Origin: Candidatus Eiseniibacteriota bacterium
GTDB lineage: Bacteria > Eisenbacteria > RBG-16-71-46
NCBI GenBank assembly: GCA_031370785.1
Contig: JANMQY010000015.1
Location: forward strand, 1 to 64,000
Length of the DNA: 64,000 bases
Direction: 5' to 3'
Positions within the stretch are counted from its first letter, which is position 1. Each line of letters starts with the position of its first letter. This document shows positions 1 to 10,900 of the stretch, one piece after another. The notes beneath the pieces were generated by a model. The model was given only the letters and a program-made list of their open reading frames with translations, ran no database searches and was not told the DNA's origin. The position numbers were made by a program, and so were the translations under genes.

Positions 1-17
1 TAGCGAGAGAAACGCAT

Positions 18-43
18 GGGGCCCGGCGCATCGGCCGGGCCCC
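18..43 (-). terminator. GC-rich hairpin, probable terminator of the VOC gene
   Basis: GGGGCCCGGC-N6-GCCGGGCCCC inverted repeat just downstream of the stop at 68; weak U-tract. Confidence 0.45.
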
Positions 44-67
44 CACTCGCGGCTGCGTCATGCCAGA

Positions 68-529
68 CTATCCCGCGTCGTATGCCTGCTTCAGGCGCTT
101 GATGTCGATCTTGCGCATCTGAAGCATTGCCTCCATGACCCGCTTCGCCTTCGCGGGGTTCTTGTCTCGCAGATAATTGCCGAGAACAGAGGGAATGATC
201 TGCCACGACAGACCATACTTGTCCTTCAGCCAGCCGCATTGTGATTCCGCTCCGCCCGCCGTCAGCTTCTTCCACAGTTCATCGACTTCTTCCTGAGTCT
301 CACAGTTCACGAAGAACGACACCGCTTCCGTGAACTTGAATTGCGGGCCGCCGTTCAGCGCCATGAATTCCTGTCCGTCGAGCTGGAAAGTCCCCGAGAT
401 TACCGTTCCGTTCGGTCCTCCAACCCGAGAAACGTTCACGATCTTCGAATTCTTGAAGACGGAGACGTAGAAACTCATCGCCTCCTCGGCATTGCCGTCG
501 AACCACAGGAACGGGGTGATGCTCTGCAT
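68..529 (-). CDS. VOC/PhnB-like (3-demethylubiquinone-9 3-methyltransferase family) protein
   Basis: [26 protein letters not shown] and [14 protein letters not shown] motifs; ATG at 529 with GAGGGG RBS. Confidence 0.9.
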   Translation of the reverse strand: MQSITPFLWFDGNAEEAMSFYVSVFKNSKIVNVSRVGGPNGTVISGTFQLDGQEFMALNGGPQFKFTEAVSFFVNCETQEEVDELWKKLTAGGAESQCGWLKDKYGLSWQIIPSVLGNYLRDKNPAKAKRVMEAMLQMRKIDIKRLKQAYDAG

Positions 530-743
530 GTGATTCCCCTCTCTACTTCTAGGTGACGCCGTCCGCACGACCTCGCGGCCGCTGGCGTAGTGAATTTCAA
601 GGATCCAAGTTGCTCATCGTCCGGCCTGCGCTCTGCGATGGAGAACTCCGCCAAGCCAGGCAAGCCGAATCGAATCTTCTGCAATCACGACCACTCTCGT
701 TCGCGAGGGTGGTCGTGCTGCTGTTGGGCCAACGTTCCTCGGA

Positions 744-1421
744 CTACTTGAACACGAGGTGCGCCACTTTCGTCTCGAGATCCCAGTAGATGATCGCAAC
801 CGCGGTCAGGTCGAACGCGGCGTGCATGATCATCAGCATCCAGATTTCACCGGTGACCGCGAAGATGGTTCCGTACACGAGCCCGACGATCGTCGCCTGC
901 TCGACGCCGGAGACCCCTTGCTCTGCGTAATGCGCGATTCCGAAGATCAGCGAAGTGATCAGTACGATCGCAGGCTTTGCCCACGCGCGGGGTCCGAACA
1001 GTTTGCCGAGGCGCTCGAACATGTACCCGCGGAACACGGTCTCCTCCCCGAATCCCGCAACCACGATCATGGTGAAGATCGCGCCCGGGAGCGCGGCGCG
1101 GTTCCCCGCCAGATAGTGGTATGCAGGATTGATCGGGGGCGCGCCGAGAAGCGGCATCACGATCGCCTTCATCAGGAGTTTGAACGCGACTCCCAGGACG
1201 ATGCCGATGGCCACGCTGGCGATCCAGTTTCTGGGCCGTACGTAACCGATCTCCCGCCACGGCGTGCGCGAACGCACGACCCACGCGAGCACGAGAAACG
1301 CGCTGAGGGGCGATGCGAACGTGACGCCCGCGAGGATGACGAGAATCGCGAGGAGTCCGAGCGGCCCGAATCCGCGCAGAGCCGCGGCGATGGCATCATC
1401 GGAAGCCGGTGCGACAGGCAC
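744..1421 (-). CDS. CPBP (CAAX/Abi) family intramembrane metalloprotease
   Basis: EETVFRG, FGIAH and HAAFD motifs; multiple TM segments. Confidence 0.88.
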   Translation of the reverse strand: MPVAPASDDAIAAALRGFGPLGLLAILVILAGVTFASPLSAFLVLAWVVRSRTPWREIGYVRPRNWIASVAIGIVLGVAFKLLMKAIVMPLLGAPPINPAYHYLAGNRAALPGAIFTMIVVAGFGEETVFRGYMFERLGKLFGPRAWAKPAIVLITSLIFGIAHYAEQGVSGVEQATIVGLVYGTIFAVTGEIWMLMIMHAAFDLTAVAIIYWDLETKVAHLVFK

Positions 1422-1426
1422 GCGCC

Positions 1427-2932
1427 TCAGCGCACGACGGCGATACGCTTCGAGACAGCCTCTCGCGCGCCCGAGATCGCACGGAGCACGTACACCCCAG
1501 GGGACTCGAAGGAAGGATTCCAGCTCACCGGATTGCGGCCGGCGCTCATCGGCACCAGGAGCGGCTCGGAAACCCGACGGCCCGAAACATCGAAGGCCTC
1601 GAGCCGGATACTGGTCGCGCCCGGGAGCTCGACGCTCAGCGCGAGAGGATTTCCGAGCCTCACCGGGTTCGGGTATGGGCCCGCCAGCTGCAACGCCCGA
1701 GGAATCGCGCCGGGCCCAACATCGACCATCGCGGTTCCGGTCGCGACCCGCATACCTTGGTTGGCTTGATACGAGATGAATGCTCGTCCGTCGGTGTCCA
1801 CCACGACCGAGCTGGAGTAGCCGGTGTTGCCCTCGCTATCCACGATCGCACGCGTCCAGACTCCTGCCGCGCGCGTTGCCACTTTGAGGTCGAGGCCGTT
1901 CTGATCGTTGTAGGAAATCACCGGCCTTCCCGCCGGGTCCAGGGCCAGGCTCAGATCGAACTTGTTGCTGGTCGAGGGGTCCGCGGTCGAGATCTGCCAG
2001 GACGCGCCCTGTTCCAGGTAATGGATCTGGATCGGTGGTTGGTAATTGACGACATAGTCCGCGACGGCGACTCGAGCCTGCCCGGCGGGATCGAGTGCGA
2101 GCGCAAAATCTCCCGGGCTGTTTGGCGACGGAACGTCGATCCGGTCCCAGCCCGCGCCGTTGCGGACCGCGTAAACCAGCACGTTGCGCGTCTCGTCGAG
2201 GTACAGGACGTGAGGATTGCCCTGGCCATCCAGTCGCAGGTCGGGACGGCCCGCCCTCATGTCCACGGTCTCATAGGTCCAGACACCGGCCTCGCGCACC
2301 GCGTACCGCAGGTTGTGGACTGCGTCCGAGCCGGCCTCGAAACACACGTGCACACGACCGGACCCATCCGCCTCCACGACGGGACGATTGACCCCCGCTT
2401 GCAGCGCTTCTGTGGTCCAGACTTCGCCCGAGCGATAAGTGACGCCTACGGGATGCAATGTCGGCGTGTGGTTCAACCGATCGGTCGTGGCCCAGGCGAT
2501 CCAGGGATTTCCCTGCGAATCGAGCGCGAGGGACGTGGCGGTCGTGATCAGGAGTTCGGTGTTCAGTGGGTCGACCACTGCACGCCCGTCAGGAAGCGCC
2601 GGACTGCGCCCGTACGGTGCTTCGAGGATCGAGTAATAAGTGACGGGTACGGTCTGCGCCGACCACTGCGATCCATTGAGCTCGGCGTAGCGCACTCCGC
2701 CGGATCCGGTCATCCACTCGGCGATGCGGGGCCCGCGGGCCGGATCCAGTCGCAGCGACGAAGTATTACCGGAGCCCTGGCCGGGATCCGCTGTCTGGAT
2801 GGTCCACGGACCCTGCGCGCGTGCGGGGATGCTGCTGGATGCGAGCATGGTAACTGTCGCAGCGGCGAGCCACGAGGTGATCCAACGATCGAGCGGCGAG
2901 CGATGCGAGGAAGGCGCGAAGGAGGTCGGCAT
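1427..2932 (-). CDS. Secreted beta-propeller-like repeat protein with C-terminal FlgD-Ig/T9SS-CTD-like domain
   Basis: Signal peptide; repeated SLALD..G.P.I.Y...L.YA....W units; C-terminus PYPNP...DVSGR...GVYVLR...KRIAVVR. Confidence 0.75.
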   Translation of the reverse strand: MPTSFAPSSHRSPLDRWITSWLAAATVTMLASSSIPARAQGPWTIQTADPGQGSGNTSSLRLDPARGPRIAEWMTGSGGVRYAELNGSQWSAQTVPVTYYSILEAPYGRSPALPDGRAVVDPLNTELLITTATSLALDSQGNPWIAWATTDRLNHTPTLHPVGVTYRSGEVWTTEALQAGVNRPVVEADGSGRVHVCFEAGSDAVHNLRYAVREAGVWTYETVDMRAGRPDLRLDGQGNPHVLYLDETRNVLVYAVRNGAGWDRIDVPSPNSPGDFALALDPAGQARVAVADYVVNYQPPIQIHYLEQGASWQISTADPSTSNKFDLSLALDPAGRPVISYNDQNGLDLKVATRAAGVWTRAIVDSEGNTGYSSSVVVDTDGRAFISYQANQGMRVATGTAMVDVGPGAIPRALQLAGPYPNPVRLGNPLALSVELPGATSIRLEAFDVSGRRVSEPLLVPMSAGRNPVSWNPSFESPGVYVLRAISGAREAVSKRIAVVR

Positions 2933-2968
2933 GAGTTCCTCGACGTTGAAAGTATCGACCCAGAAACG

Positions 2969-3228
2969 CTACGGCATCCTGCAGGAAGCGACAACTTCAA
3001 TTTGAGGCCGGGGAGCGAAGCTCAGGAGGCCGCGCGGCGCGGCGCTGTAGCCGATCACGAAGAAGTTGTAGTTGTCGTAGACCAGCTCGATGGCGGTGGG
3101 AATCTCCTGCGAAGCGCCGCGCGCACCGAGCGGATGCGCTTCGCCATCGTCGGGTCGAACTTCGCGATGAAACCCGCCAGCTGCTTTGCGGGCGCTTCAG
3201 AGGACTTCGGCCTCGCGGTCCGGATCAC
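2969..3228 (-). pseudogene. Frameshifted and truncated DUF1801-like gene
   Basis: VIRTARPK...[29 protein letters not shown], then a shift at ~3098 gives [18 protein letters not shown]; similarity is lost soon after. Confidence 0.55.
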
Positions 3229-3298
3229 GGCGACTCCTGCGCGTTATTCGCATGGACGTCTGCTCGGCTCTTCACCATGCAATCGGTGCAGGCGCCGC

Positions 3299-3799
3299 TC
3301 AGACCGACCCGACCTGCTGCTCCCAGCTCAGAACGTCTCCCTCGGGCAGGCCTTCGACTCCAAGCCTGCGGAGCATGTAGAGCAGCTGTGCCCGGTGGTG
3401 CATGCTGTGGGTGATGACGTGGGCGATCGCGCCGCCATAGGTCTTCTCGGCCGGCGGGCTGTCGAGCGCATCGACCCAGCGTTCATCCCACCCGCCACGC
3501 CTCGCGACCCCACGCGCCAGCGCGGCAAGGTCGGCCGCGGCGCGGTCCAGCCGCGCTCTCATTCCCGGAACGGAGCGGCCCTCGGACTGCTTTCCCGCGT
3601 CCGAACGCACCGGCGCTCCGGACATGAGGTCGGACCATACTTCGACATTACGGATGATGTGCAGGAGCGTCGCCCGCACCGTCCGGTGTGCGATGTCGAA
3701 CTCCTGATCGAGCTCGGCGTCGGTCAGGCTCTGGCAGCGAAGGAGCAGCTGACGCGTGGTCCACGAATCGTGTCCCAGCAGACGATCCAGCAGATCCAT
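3299..3799 (-). CDS. DinB family protein
   Basis: [17 protein letters not shown] and [12 protein letters not shown] metal-binding His motifs. Confidence 0.88.
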   Translation of the reverse strand: MDLLDRLLGHDSWTTRQLLLRCQSLTDAELDQEFDIAHRTVRATLLHIIRNVEVWSDLMSGAPVRSDAGKQSEGRSVPGMRARLDRAAADLAALARGVARRGGWDERWVDALDSPPAEKTYGGAIAHVITHSMHHRAQLLYMLRRLGVEGLPEGDVLSWEQQVGSV

Positions 3800-3824
3800 C
3801 CATTCACCTGGGGGAGCCGCGCGC

Positions 3825-3986
3825 CTAGCGCGCGCAGTTCCCGGTCTCACGGGCGCGACCTGCCCGCTTCGTCGCTTTACCGCGGCCGCCCGGCCAGCAG
3901 ATTGGACAGGCCCCGGACCCGCGGTACTTGTGACCTCGGCTGCAGGTCTTCCAGCCGCCGCGGTTCGCGCTGCTCTTGCGATTCAT
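3825..3986 (-). CDS. Small basic Cys/His protein (53 aa, CxxGHxY...CPxC)
   Basis: ATGA overlap with the DoxX stop; [21 protein letters not shown] motif. Confidence 0.55.
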   Translation of the reverse strand: MNRKSSANRGGWKTCSRGHKYRGSGACPICWPGGRGKATKRAGRARETGNCAR

Positions 3987-4417
3987 GGTCGCGCGACCGG
4001 ACCGCGGGAACGAAGCGCATCGATACTCCACGGCCCCGGGCCCGCCGCCCAGATGTAGAGCCAGACGAAGCAGTAGACCACCGCCAGCTCACCGTGATTC
4101 AAGAGCGGCCAGACCCCATGCGGGGCGTGGGCCATGAAGTAGGCACTGGCCATCTCTCCGGACGCCACGAAGGCGGCGAGGACCGTGAACAGGCCGAGCA
4201 GGAGCAGTGCGCCGGCAACCAGCTCGATCACACCGGCTGCGCCCGGGACGGACATCAGAGCCACGGTATGCGCGGGTTCGCCCGGCGCCGCCGGGAACCC
4301 GAACAGCTTGGCCGTGCCGTGCGCCATGAAGAGAAACGCGGCGACGATGCGGAGCACGCTGCGCAGTCGGGGCGCCCACTGCGCCCGAAAGCCTCCGGAA
4401 CCCGACATGTTCGGCAT
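3983..4417 (-). CDS. DoxX family membrane protein
   Basis: [31 protein letters not shown] and GPGPWSID motifs. Confidence 0.9.
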   Translation of the reverse strand: MPNMSGSGGFRAQWAPRLRSVLRIVAAFLFMAHGTAKLFGFPAAPGEPAHTVALMSVPGAAGVIELVAGALLLLGLFTVLAAFVASGEMASAYFMAHAPHGVWPLLNHGELAVVYCFVWLYIWAAGPGPWSIDALRSRGPVARP

Positions 4418-4645
4418 GGTGACCCCCGATCCATTGGTCGCGGCCCTGCGGTCTTGAATCTGTGCAGCCGGCCCGCGGCGCTGCACACGATCGGCGGCGT
4501 GGTGGCCACGTTCGCCGACCGCAGGCCGGGACTATACAGGCTGGCGCCAGTGTGGGCAGTCTCTTCCATTCCGCCGAGATGCCTGCGGCCCAGCGGCTTG
4601 AGCCGAAGCGACGAGCGAGCGCCAAAGAAAACAGGGGCTCAGCCC

Positions 4646-4674
4646 TTGCATTCTCGGGGCTCCCCCCCTATATT
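4646..4674 (+). promoter_or_regulatory. Sigma70 promoter of the cold-shock gene
   Basis: TTGCAT-N17-TATATT. Confidence 0.6.
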
Positions 4675-4719
4675 GCTTGCGTCTTCGGTTGCTGTGGATG
4701 TGCTGAATCGCCTTCGATG

Positions 4720-4750
4720 CCGCCAGGGAGACAACCCGGGCGGTTTTTTC
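4720..4750 (+). terminator. Terminator-like hairpin within the csp 5' leader
   Basis: CCGCCaGGG-agacaa-CCCgGGCGG followed by TTTTTT. Confidence 0.55.
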
Positions 4751-4870
4751 GTTATGGGGTCCGGCACCCCAGCTTCCCAGACACCGGCCACTGTGGCCGG
4801 GCGCCGCCGTCGCGTTCTGACGGCAGATCAAGGGGCCTTCGGGCCCTGGGTAATTCTAAGGAGCTGTTCA

Positions 4871-5071
4871 GTGGCTAACGGAACTGTGAAGTGGTTCAAC
4901 GAGGCGAAGGGCTTTGGTTTCATCTCGCAGGAAGGTGGCGAGGACGTGTTCGTTCACTACTCCTCAATCATGGGCGAGGGCTTCAAGACCCTGGCCGAGG
5001 GCGAGAGGGTGGACTTCGACGTCAACCGGGGTCCGAAGGGTCTACAGGCGAGCAACGTCCGCAAGGCGTAA
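4871..5071 (+). CDS. cspA: Cold-shock protein
   Basis: GTG start after [28 protein letters not shown] and GPKGLQA motifs. Confidence 0.95.
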   Translation: MANGTVKWFNEAKGFGFISQEGGEDVFVHYSSIMGEGFKTLAEGERVDFDVNRGPKGLQASNVRKA

Positions 5072-5151
5072 TCGTCCGAGGTACCACTTCATGTTCGGGA
5101 GCGGCGCACTTCGCGCCGCTCTCGGCATTTTGGGGGACCTGCCTCTCACCA

Positions 5152-5817
5152 TCACAGCATCTGGCGCGAGCGCAGACTCACCACCCCGCGCTCGGCGACG
5201 ATGACGTGATCGAGCACCCCGATCCCGACCAGATCGCCCACCTGCACCAGCCGGCGCGTGATGCTCAGGTCCTCCTCGCTCGGCTCCGGATCTCCACTCG
5301 GATGGTTGTGCACCAGCACCACGCTCGCGGCCGAGTGCAGGATCGCAGGCAGAAACACCTCGCGCGGATGCACGATCGAGGCATTGAGACTGCCGATCGA
5401 CACGGTCTCGCGAATCTGCAGCTCATGACGGGCGTTGAGGAGCAGCACGACGAAATGTTCCTTGCGCGCCCGTACCAGGTCGCGCACATGGGAGAGCACG
5501 TCGTCCGGACCGCGGATCGCGCCGCCGCCGCCGGGTCTCTCCGCGGCGCGCCGTCCCAGCTCGAACGCCGCGACCAGTGCCGCCGCGCGCGCCGCACCGA
5601 TGCCCCTGACCCGCCGCCACCGCGCATAGCTCCAGCCGGAGAGTTCGGCGGGCGTGCGTCTGGCGAGCGCGCGGCCAGTGCGCTGCGCGCTGCAGCCCGC
5701 GCTGCTCGAGCCGAGCACCAGCGCGAGGAGCTCGGCGTCGTTGAGTGCCGCGGCGCCGCGGGCCGACAGCTTCTCGCGCGGCCGATCCGCACGTTCACGG
5801 GCGGGCGCGCTGGTCAC
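5152..5817 (-). CDS. radC: RadC/JAB-domain DNA repair protein
   Basis: DRPREKL, HPREVF and HNHPSGDPEPSEED motifs; start uncertain. Confidence 0.9.
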   Translation of the reverse strand: MTSAPARERADRPREKLSARGAAALNDAELLALVLGSSSAGCSAQRTGRALARRTPAELSGWSYARWRRVRGIGAARAAALVAAFELGRRAAERPGGGGAIRGPDDVLSHVRDLVRARKEHFVVLLLNARHELQIRETVSIGSLNASIVHPREVFLPAILHSAASVVLVHNHPSGDPEPSEEDLSITRRLVQVGDLVGIGVLDHVIVAERGVVSLRSRQML

Positions 5818-6048
5818 GCTATCCCCCGCGGCGCTTCGAGAACCGGTCTCGGATGCCGCATCCGGGTCAGGCCGCAACCCGGGTCTGGTCCATTCGTCAG
5901 CAGTACGCTCCACCAGGCTCCTTCGCCCGACTCGGGCGGCGCTCAACTCCCCGCTTTCGGGTCCGCGCGCGGTCTGCGATAATTCCCGGCCCACTCAGTT
6001 CGCCACGGTCCCGGCCGCGGGCCTCCACGCATTCACGGAGATTTCTGC

Positions 6049-6975
6049 ATGCGTCGTGCCATGGTTGCCCTCGCCCTCGCTACGCTCACCTGCGCCCTGT
6101 ACGCGGTGCGCGGAGACGGTGCGGGCCAGACTGCCAACAACATCAACGGTATTGGACTCATCGACTACAGCGACCGTTCGGCGGCAAGGCTCGGGATGTG
6201 GTGCAAGTACCACCTCACCGGCGAGAGCGCGTTGGGCACGAGCGACGACTACACCGTCACCGTCGCGATCGCCGGGGAGGAGCGTTTCTGGGGCGAGGAG
6301 TGCTTCTGGGTCGAGACTCTGACCGAGCCCCGCAGCGGGCAGCCGACCGGAATCGCGCAGCTCATGTCCTTCGACATCTTCGACGACCCGCAATCCGCCG
6401 AAAACATGAAGTACTACATGCGCAAGACCATCGACACGATCGACGAGCAGGGCAATCCGATCGAAGTGGTGACCCGTCGCCCGCCGAGCACGCTCACCTT
6501 GCGCGAGAAGATCAAGCAGGCCCAACCACTCAAGATCGATACGCTCGGCACCGACACCACGGTCGTATCGCCGAAAGGGACATTCCTGTGCCGCCACGTC
6601 CGCATGAGCGAGGGCGTCGGCAACTCGATGGATGAGCGCGACAGCACGATCTACACCGAGGTGCGCGAAACCCGCGACTCCTACGTCTCACGCCAGGTCC
6701 CGCTGACGCGGATCGTGATCGAGGACATCCAGCACGTCATTCAGCGCAGGACCTGGATGATCGGCAGATCCAAGGACGCGCCGATGAACATCATGGATCG
6801 GTCGCTGGGCCGCGCCACGCTGGTGGACTTCGGCACCAACTATCAGTCCCAGATGATCTGGGAGAAGTTCCGCCGCCCGCTCGCGGAGCAGGAGCGGCCA
6901 GCGCCGGCGAAGGCGAAGGCGAAGCCCGGAACCTCGGCGCCACGACCGCGCACCGGAACCGGCAGGTCGGGCTAG
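6049..6975 (+). CDS. Secreted hypothetical protein
   Basis: Signal peptide, gene-like codon usage, GGAG RBS; no family recognised. Confidence 0.75.
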   Translation: MRRAMVALALATLTCALYAVRGDGAGQTANNINGIGLIDYSDRSAARLGMWCKYHLTGESALGTSDDYTVTVAIAGEERFWGEECFWVETLTEPRSGQPTGIAQLMSFDIFDDPQSAENMKYYMRKTIDTIDEQGNPIEVVTRRPPSTLTLREKIKQAQPLKIDTLGTDTTVVSPKGTFLCRHVRMSEGVGNSMDERDSTIYTEVRETRDSYVSRQVPLTRIVIEDIQHVIQRRTWMIGRSKDAPMNIMDRSLGRATLVDFGTNYQSQMIWEKFRRPLAEQERPAPAKAKAKPGTSAPRPRTGTGRSG

Positions 6976-6987
6976 TCGGGCAGTCGG

Positions 6988-7890
6988 TCAGGATTCGAAC
7001 AGGCCGCGCGCGAACGCCTCGGGCTCGAACGGCTCCCAGTCGTCGATGCCCTCTCCCAGCCCGACGACGCTGATCGGAAGCTGAAGCTGGTCGGCGATGG
7101 CCAGCACCGCACCGCCGCGAGCGGTGCCATCGAGCTTGGTCAGCGCCAGACTGGTCACCGCGGTCGCGCGCTGGAACTCACGCGCCTGCTGCAGGGCGTT
7201 CTGGCCGAGCGTGGCGTCGAGCACCAGCAACACGTGGTGCGGCGCTCCGGGCACCAGTCGCGAGCACACCCGGCTCACCTTCTCGAGCTCGGCCATCAGA
7301 TTGTGCCTCGTGTGCAGGCGCCCCGCGGTGTCCACCAGCACGATCTCGGCGCCGCGTGCGAGGGCCGCGCGCATCCCGTCGTGCACCACCGCCGCAGGAT
7401 CCGAATCCGACGCCCCGGTGACGATCTCGACCCCGGCGCGCTGGGCCCACACCACGAGCTGTTCGGTCGCGGCCGCCCGGAACGTATCCGCCGCCACCAG
7501 CAGGGTGGATTTTCCCTCGCGCGCGAACCGGGCGGCGAGCTTTCCCGCGAGCGTGGTCTTGCCCACCCCGTTCACGCCCACCATCAGCGCCACCCACGGC
7601 TTCTGAGTCCCGGGCTCAAATCGGGCGCGGTGTGCGGCCACGATCTCGATCGTGCTCTTCTCGAGCGCCTCGCGCAGATCGAGGTTCTCGCGCCCCATGC
7701 GCTGCTCGGCGCGGGCGATGAGCTTCTCGGTGGTGGCGGGCCCCACGTCGGCCGCGAGCAGCGCCTCCTCGAGCGCGGCGCGTGTGGCGGGATCCACCGG
7801 ACCGCGCAGGCCGAGTGCGACGCCGACGTCCGCGGTCAGGCGTTCGCGGGTGCGCTCCATGCCCCTTCGAAAGCGGTCCCACAGGCTCAT
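6988..7890 (-). CDS. ftsY: Signal recognition particle receptor FtsY
   Basis: GVNGVGKTT, DTFRAAA, DTAGR and TKLDGTARGG motifs; directly downstream of smc. Confidence 0.96.
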   Translation of the reverse strand: MSLWDRFRRGMERTRERLTADVGVALGLRGPVDPATRAALEEALLAADVGPATTEKLIARAEQRMGRENLDLREALEKSTIEIVAAHRARFEPGTQKPWVALMVGVNGVGKTTLAGKLAARFAREGKSTLLVAADTFRAAATEQLVVWAQRAGVEIVTGASDSDPAAVVHDGMRAALARGAEIVLVDTAGRLHTRHNLMAELEKVSRVCSRLVPGAPHHVLLVLDATLGQNALQQAREFQRATAVTSLALTKLDGTARGGAVLAIADQLQLPISVVGLGEGIDDWEPFEPEAFARGLFES

Positions 7891-7954
7891 CGGGTTCTCG
7901 CAAAAACTCCCGCCGGTCCCATACCGGACCGGCGGGAGCGTTGAGGAGTATGCG

Positions 7955-10900
7955 TCAGTCGGAGGCGGCGCCGACCAGCGCTTCGCTCTCGGGCCGCACG
8001 CGCACGTTGGTCGCCTTCTCGCCGTCGAAGTTGACCGAGACCAGCTTCGAGACGCCCAGCTCCTGCATGGTCACTCCGTAGAGGCAGTTCGCCGCCTCCA
8101 TCGACTTCTTGTTGTGAGTGATCACCACGAACTGGGTGCGATCGCTGAACCGGCGCAGCATCTTGAGGAAACGCTCCACGTTCGCATCGTCGAGCGGCGC
8201 ATCGACCTCGTCGAGCAGGCAGAACGGCGAAGGCTTGACCAGATAGATCGCGAACAGCAGCGCGATCGCGGTCAGCGCGCGCTCGCCGCCCGACATCAGG
8301 CTGATGCTCTGCAGGTGCTTGCCACGGGGCTTGGCCGCGATCTCGATCTCGCACTCGAGCGGGTCTTCGCCGACCATGCGCAGCTCGCAGTCGCCGCCGT
8401 CGAACAGGGTCTTGAAGATGTCGCTGAAGTGCTCCTGCACCTTGCCGAAGGTGTCCCGGAACATCTGGCTGGCGGTCCCGTTGATCTTCTCGATCGCCTC
8501 CAGCAGCTGAGCCTTGGCACTGATCAGATCCTGGCGCTGCTGCGTCAGGAACTGCCAGCGCTCCTTCTTCTTCCCGTACTCCTCGAGCGCGAGCAGATTG
8601 ACCGCGCCCAGGCCCTTGAGGCGCACGCGGGACTCCTCGACGTGGCGCTGGGCCGCGGTCAGGTCGAAGCCTTCGGGCGGGGGAGTCGGCGTCCATGCGG
8701 TCGGGTCCATCTCGTATTCGGTGCGCAGGCGCTCGAACGTCAGGTCCAGCTCGGAGCGGGTCTGCAGCCGATCCAGCTCGAGCTGGTGGAGCAGCTCGGC
8801 CAGCTCGGTCTGCTCGAAGCGGCGCCGACGCGCGTCATCCTCGCCGGCCTGCACCTCGGCCTTGAGCGCCTGCATGCGCTTCTGCAGCTCGACCACGCGC
8901 TCGCGCTGCGACGACTCGGACTCGAGAAGTCCGGTGAGCCCCGAAGACAGCCCGGTGACCTCGGCCTCGATCTGGGCCACCTGGGCCCGCGCGGCACGTT
9001 CATCCTCTCCGCGCTGCGCGAGGCCGGACTCCAGCTCGCGCCGGGTCTGCTCGGCGCGCGCCCACTGGCTCTCCCACTCGCCCAGCTCGCGCGACAGGCG
9101 GAGCAGCGTCTCGCGCGCCTCCTGCGCCTTCGCACTGGCTTCGTCGCGCCGGAGCTCGAGGGCGCGGACCACGCCGTCCAGATCGAGCAGCTGAGCGCGC
9201 GCGCGGTCGAGCTGACCCACGAACTCCGCGTGATCCGCCTCGGCCTGTACCAGCGCCCGGCCCAATGACTCGAGCTCGACCTCGATTCCGGCGATCTCGC
9301 GGCGGCGTTCGTCGGCTTCGGTCGTCGCCCAGCGCGTTTCACGCTCGGCCGCTTCCAGCTCGCGGCGCAGTCCCTCGAGCGCCTCGCGACGGACGTCCAC
9401 TTCGCTTTCGGCCGATTCGCGATGCGCCACCGACTGCGCGCGCCGTGCGTCGAGCGTCTCGCGCTCACGGTCCAGGCCCTCGACGCCGAGCGACAGCTCG
9501 GCGATCTGCCCGCCCAGCTCGCGGATCTGGGTCTCGCGGTGCAGCAGGCCACCCAGGTTTCGCGCCGAACCCGCGCGCACCCGGCCGCGCTCCCACACCT
9601 CGCCATCCAGGCTGACGAAGCGCAATCCGCCCTCGGACTTGGACGCGAGCCGCGCGGCGGTGTCGCGATCCTCGACCACCACCACCGAGCCGAGCAGGCG
9701 CTCGGCGAGCACGCGGTAGCGGTCCGCGCAGCGCACCAGCGCCGACGCCCGACCGATCACACCCTGGCCCTCGGCGACAGGCACGGCCGCGGCCGCGGCC
9801 GCGCCCAGGCTCGACAGGTCGACCAGCGTGGCCCGACCGCTCTCCAGCCCGCGCAGGCGTTCGAGCGCGCGCTCGACCGCATCGCGGTCCTCGGCCAGCA
9901 CGAATGCCGCCGCTTCGCCGAGCGAGGCTTCGAGCGCATTGAGATAGCGCGCCGGCACTTCCAGAACGTCGGCTACCACGCCGAGCACGCCCGCGGGGCG
10001 CGCGCCCTCGCCGAGCAGGGCCTTCACACCGACCGAGACCCCTTCGAAATTGCGCTTGAGCTCGAGCAGGGTGTTGAGTCGCGACTCGGCCGCCGCGCGC
10101 TCCTGGCGCTGTGTCGAAAGCGTCGCCGCCAGGCGCTCGGATTCGCCGGCCAGGGTCGAGAGTGCGCCCTCGACGTCGGCGAGCATGCGTCGCGCCTCGT
10201 CCAACTCGAGCGCGAGACCATTGCGCTTCTCGGACCCGGCGCGTGCCGCGACCGCAAGCTCGGCGAGGCGCGCGTCGATCTCGCCCAGGCGCGCTTCAGC
10301 GGTTGCACGCCGCTCGTTCAGCGATGTCTGACGCTCGCGCACGCGTTCGCACGCGGCGCGACGGTCGGCCTCGGCCGAGAACAGATCGAGCGAAAGCTGC
10401 TTGTGGTCGGCGGCGGTGGTGCGGTCGCGACGCAGCTCGGCTTCGACCGCGTTCATCGCGCCCTCGGCCGCTTCGGCCGCGGTCTGCGCTTCGTCGCGCT
10501 GCGCGCGGATCTCGACGCGCCTCCCGTCGCCTTCCTTCTCGCGGGCCAGTGCATCGGCCATGCGCTCGCGCATGCGAGCCGCCTCCTCGGCGTCCTCGTC
10601 AGCGCGTCGCGTCAGGCCGGCGGCGCGCTCGCGCAGCAGCACGACCTGGTGCTCGGCACGGGTGCGGGCCTCTTCGCGATCGTGAAGTCCGCCCTGCGCG
10701 GTCGCCAGCTCGCGTTCGATCTCGAGCAGCGCCAGCTTGCGGTCGTTGAGAGCGGCCTCGAGGCTGTCGAGCGCCGCCGCGATGCCCTCGCGCCGCACCG
10801 CCTCCTCCTGCCACTGATCGCGCGACTCGGCCTCCCTGGCGCGCAGCGTCTCGACGCGGCCCGAGGTGAGCTGAAGGTCGAGATCCCGGATCTCGGTTCG

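Noticed and set aside
1409..5071. 1220-aa plus-strand ORF
   Set aside because: Antisense shadow of several minus-strand genes in GC-rich DNA; only the last 66 codons (cspA) are real
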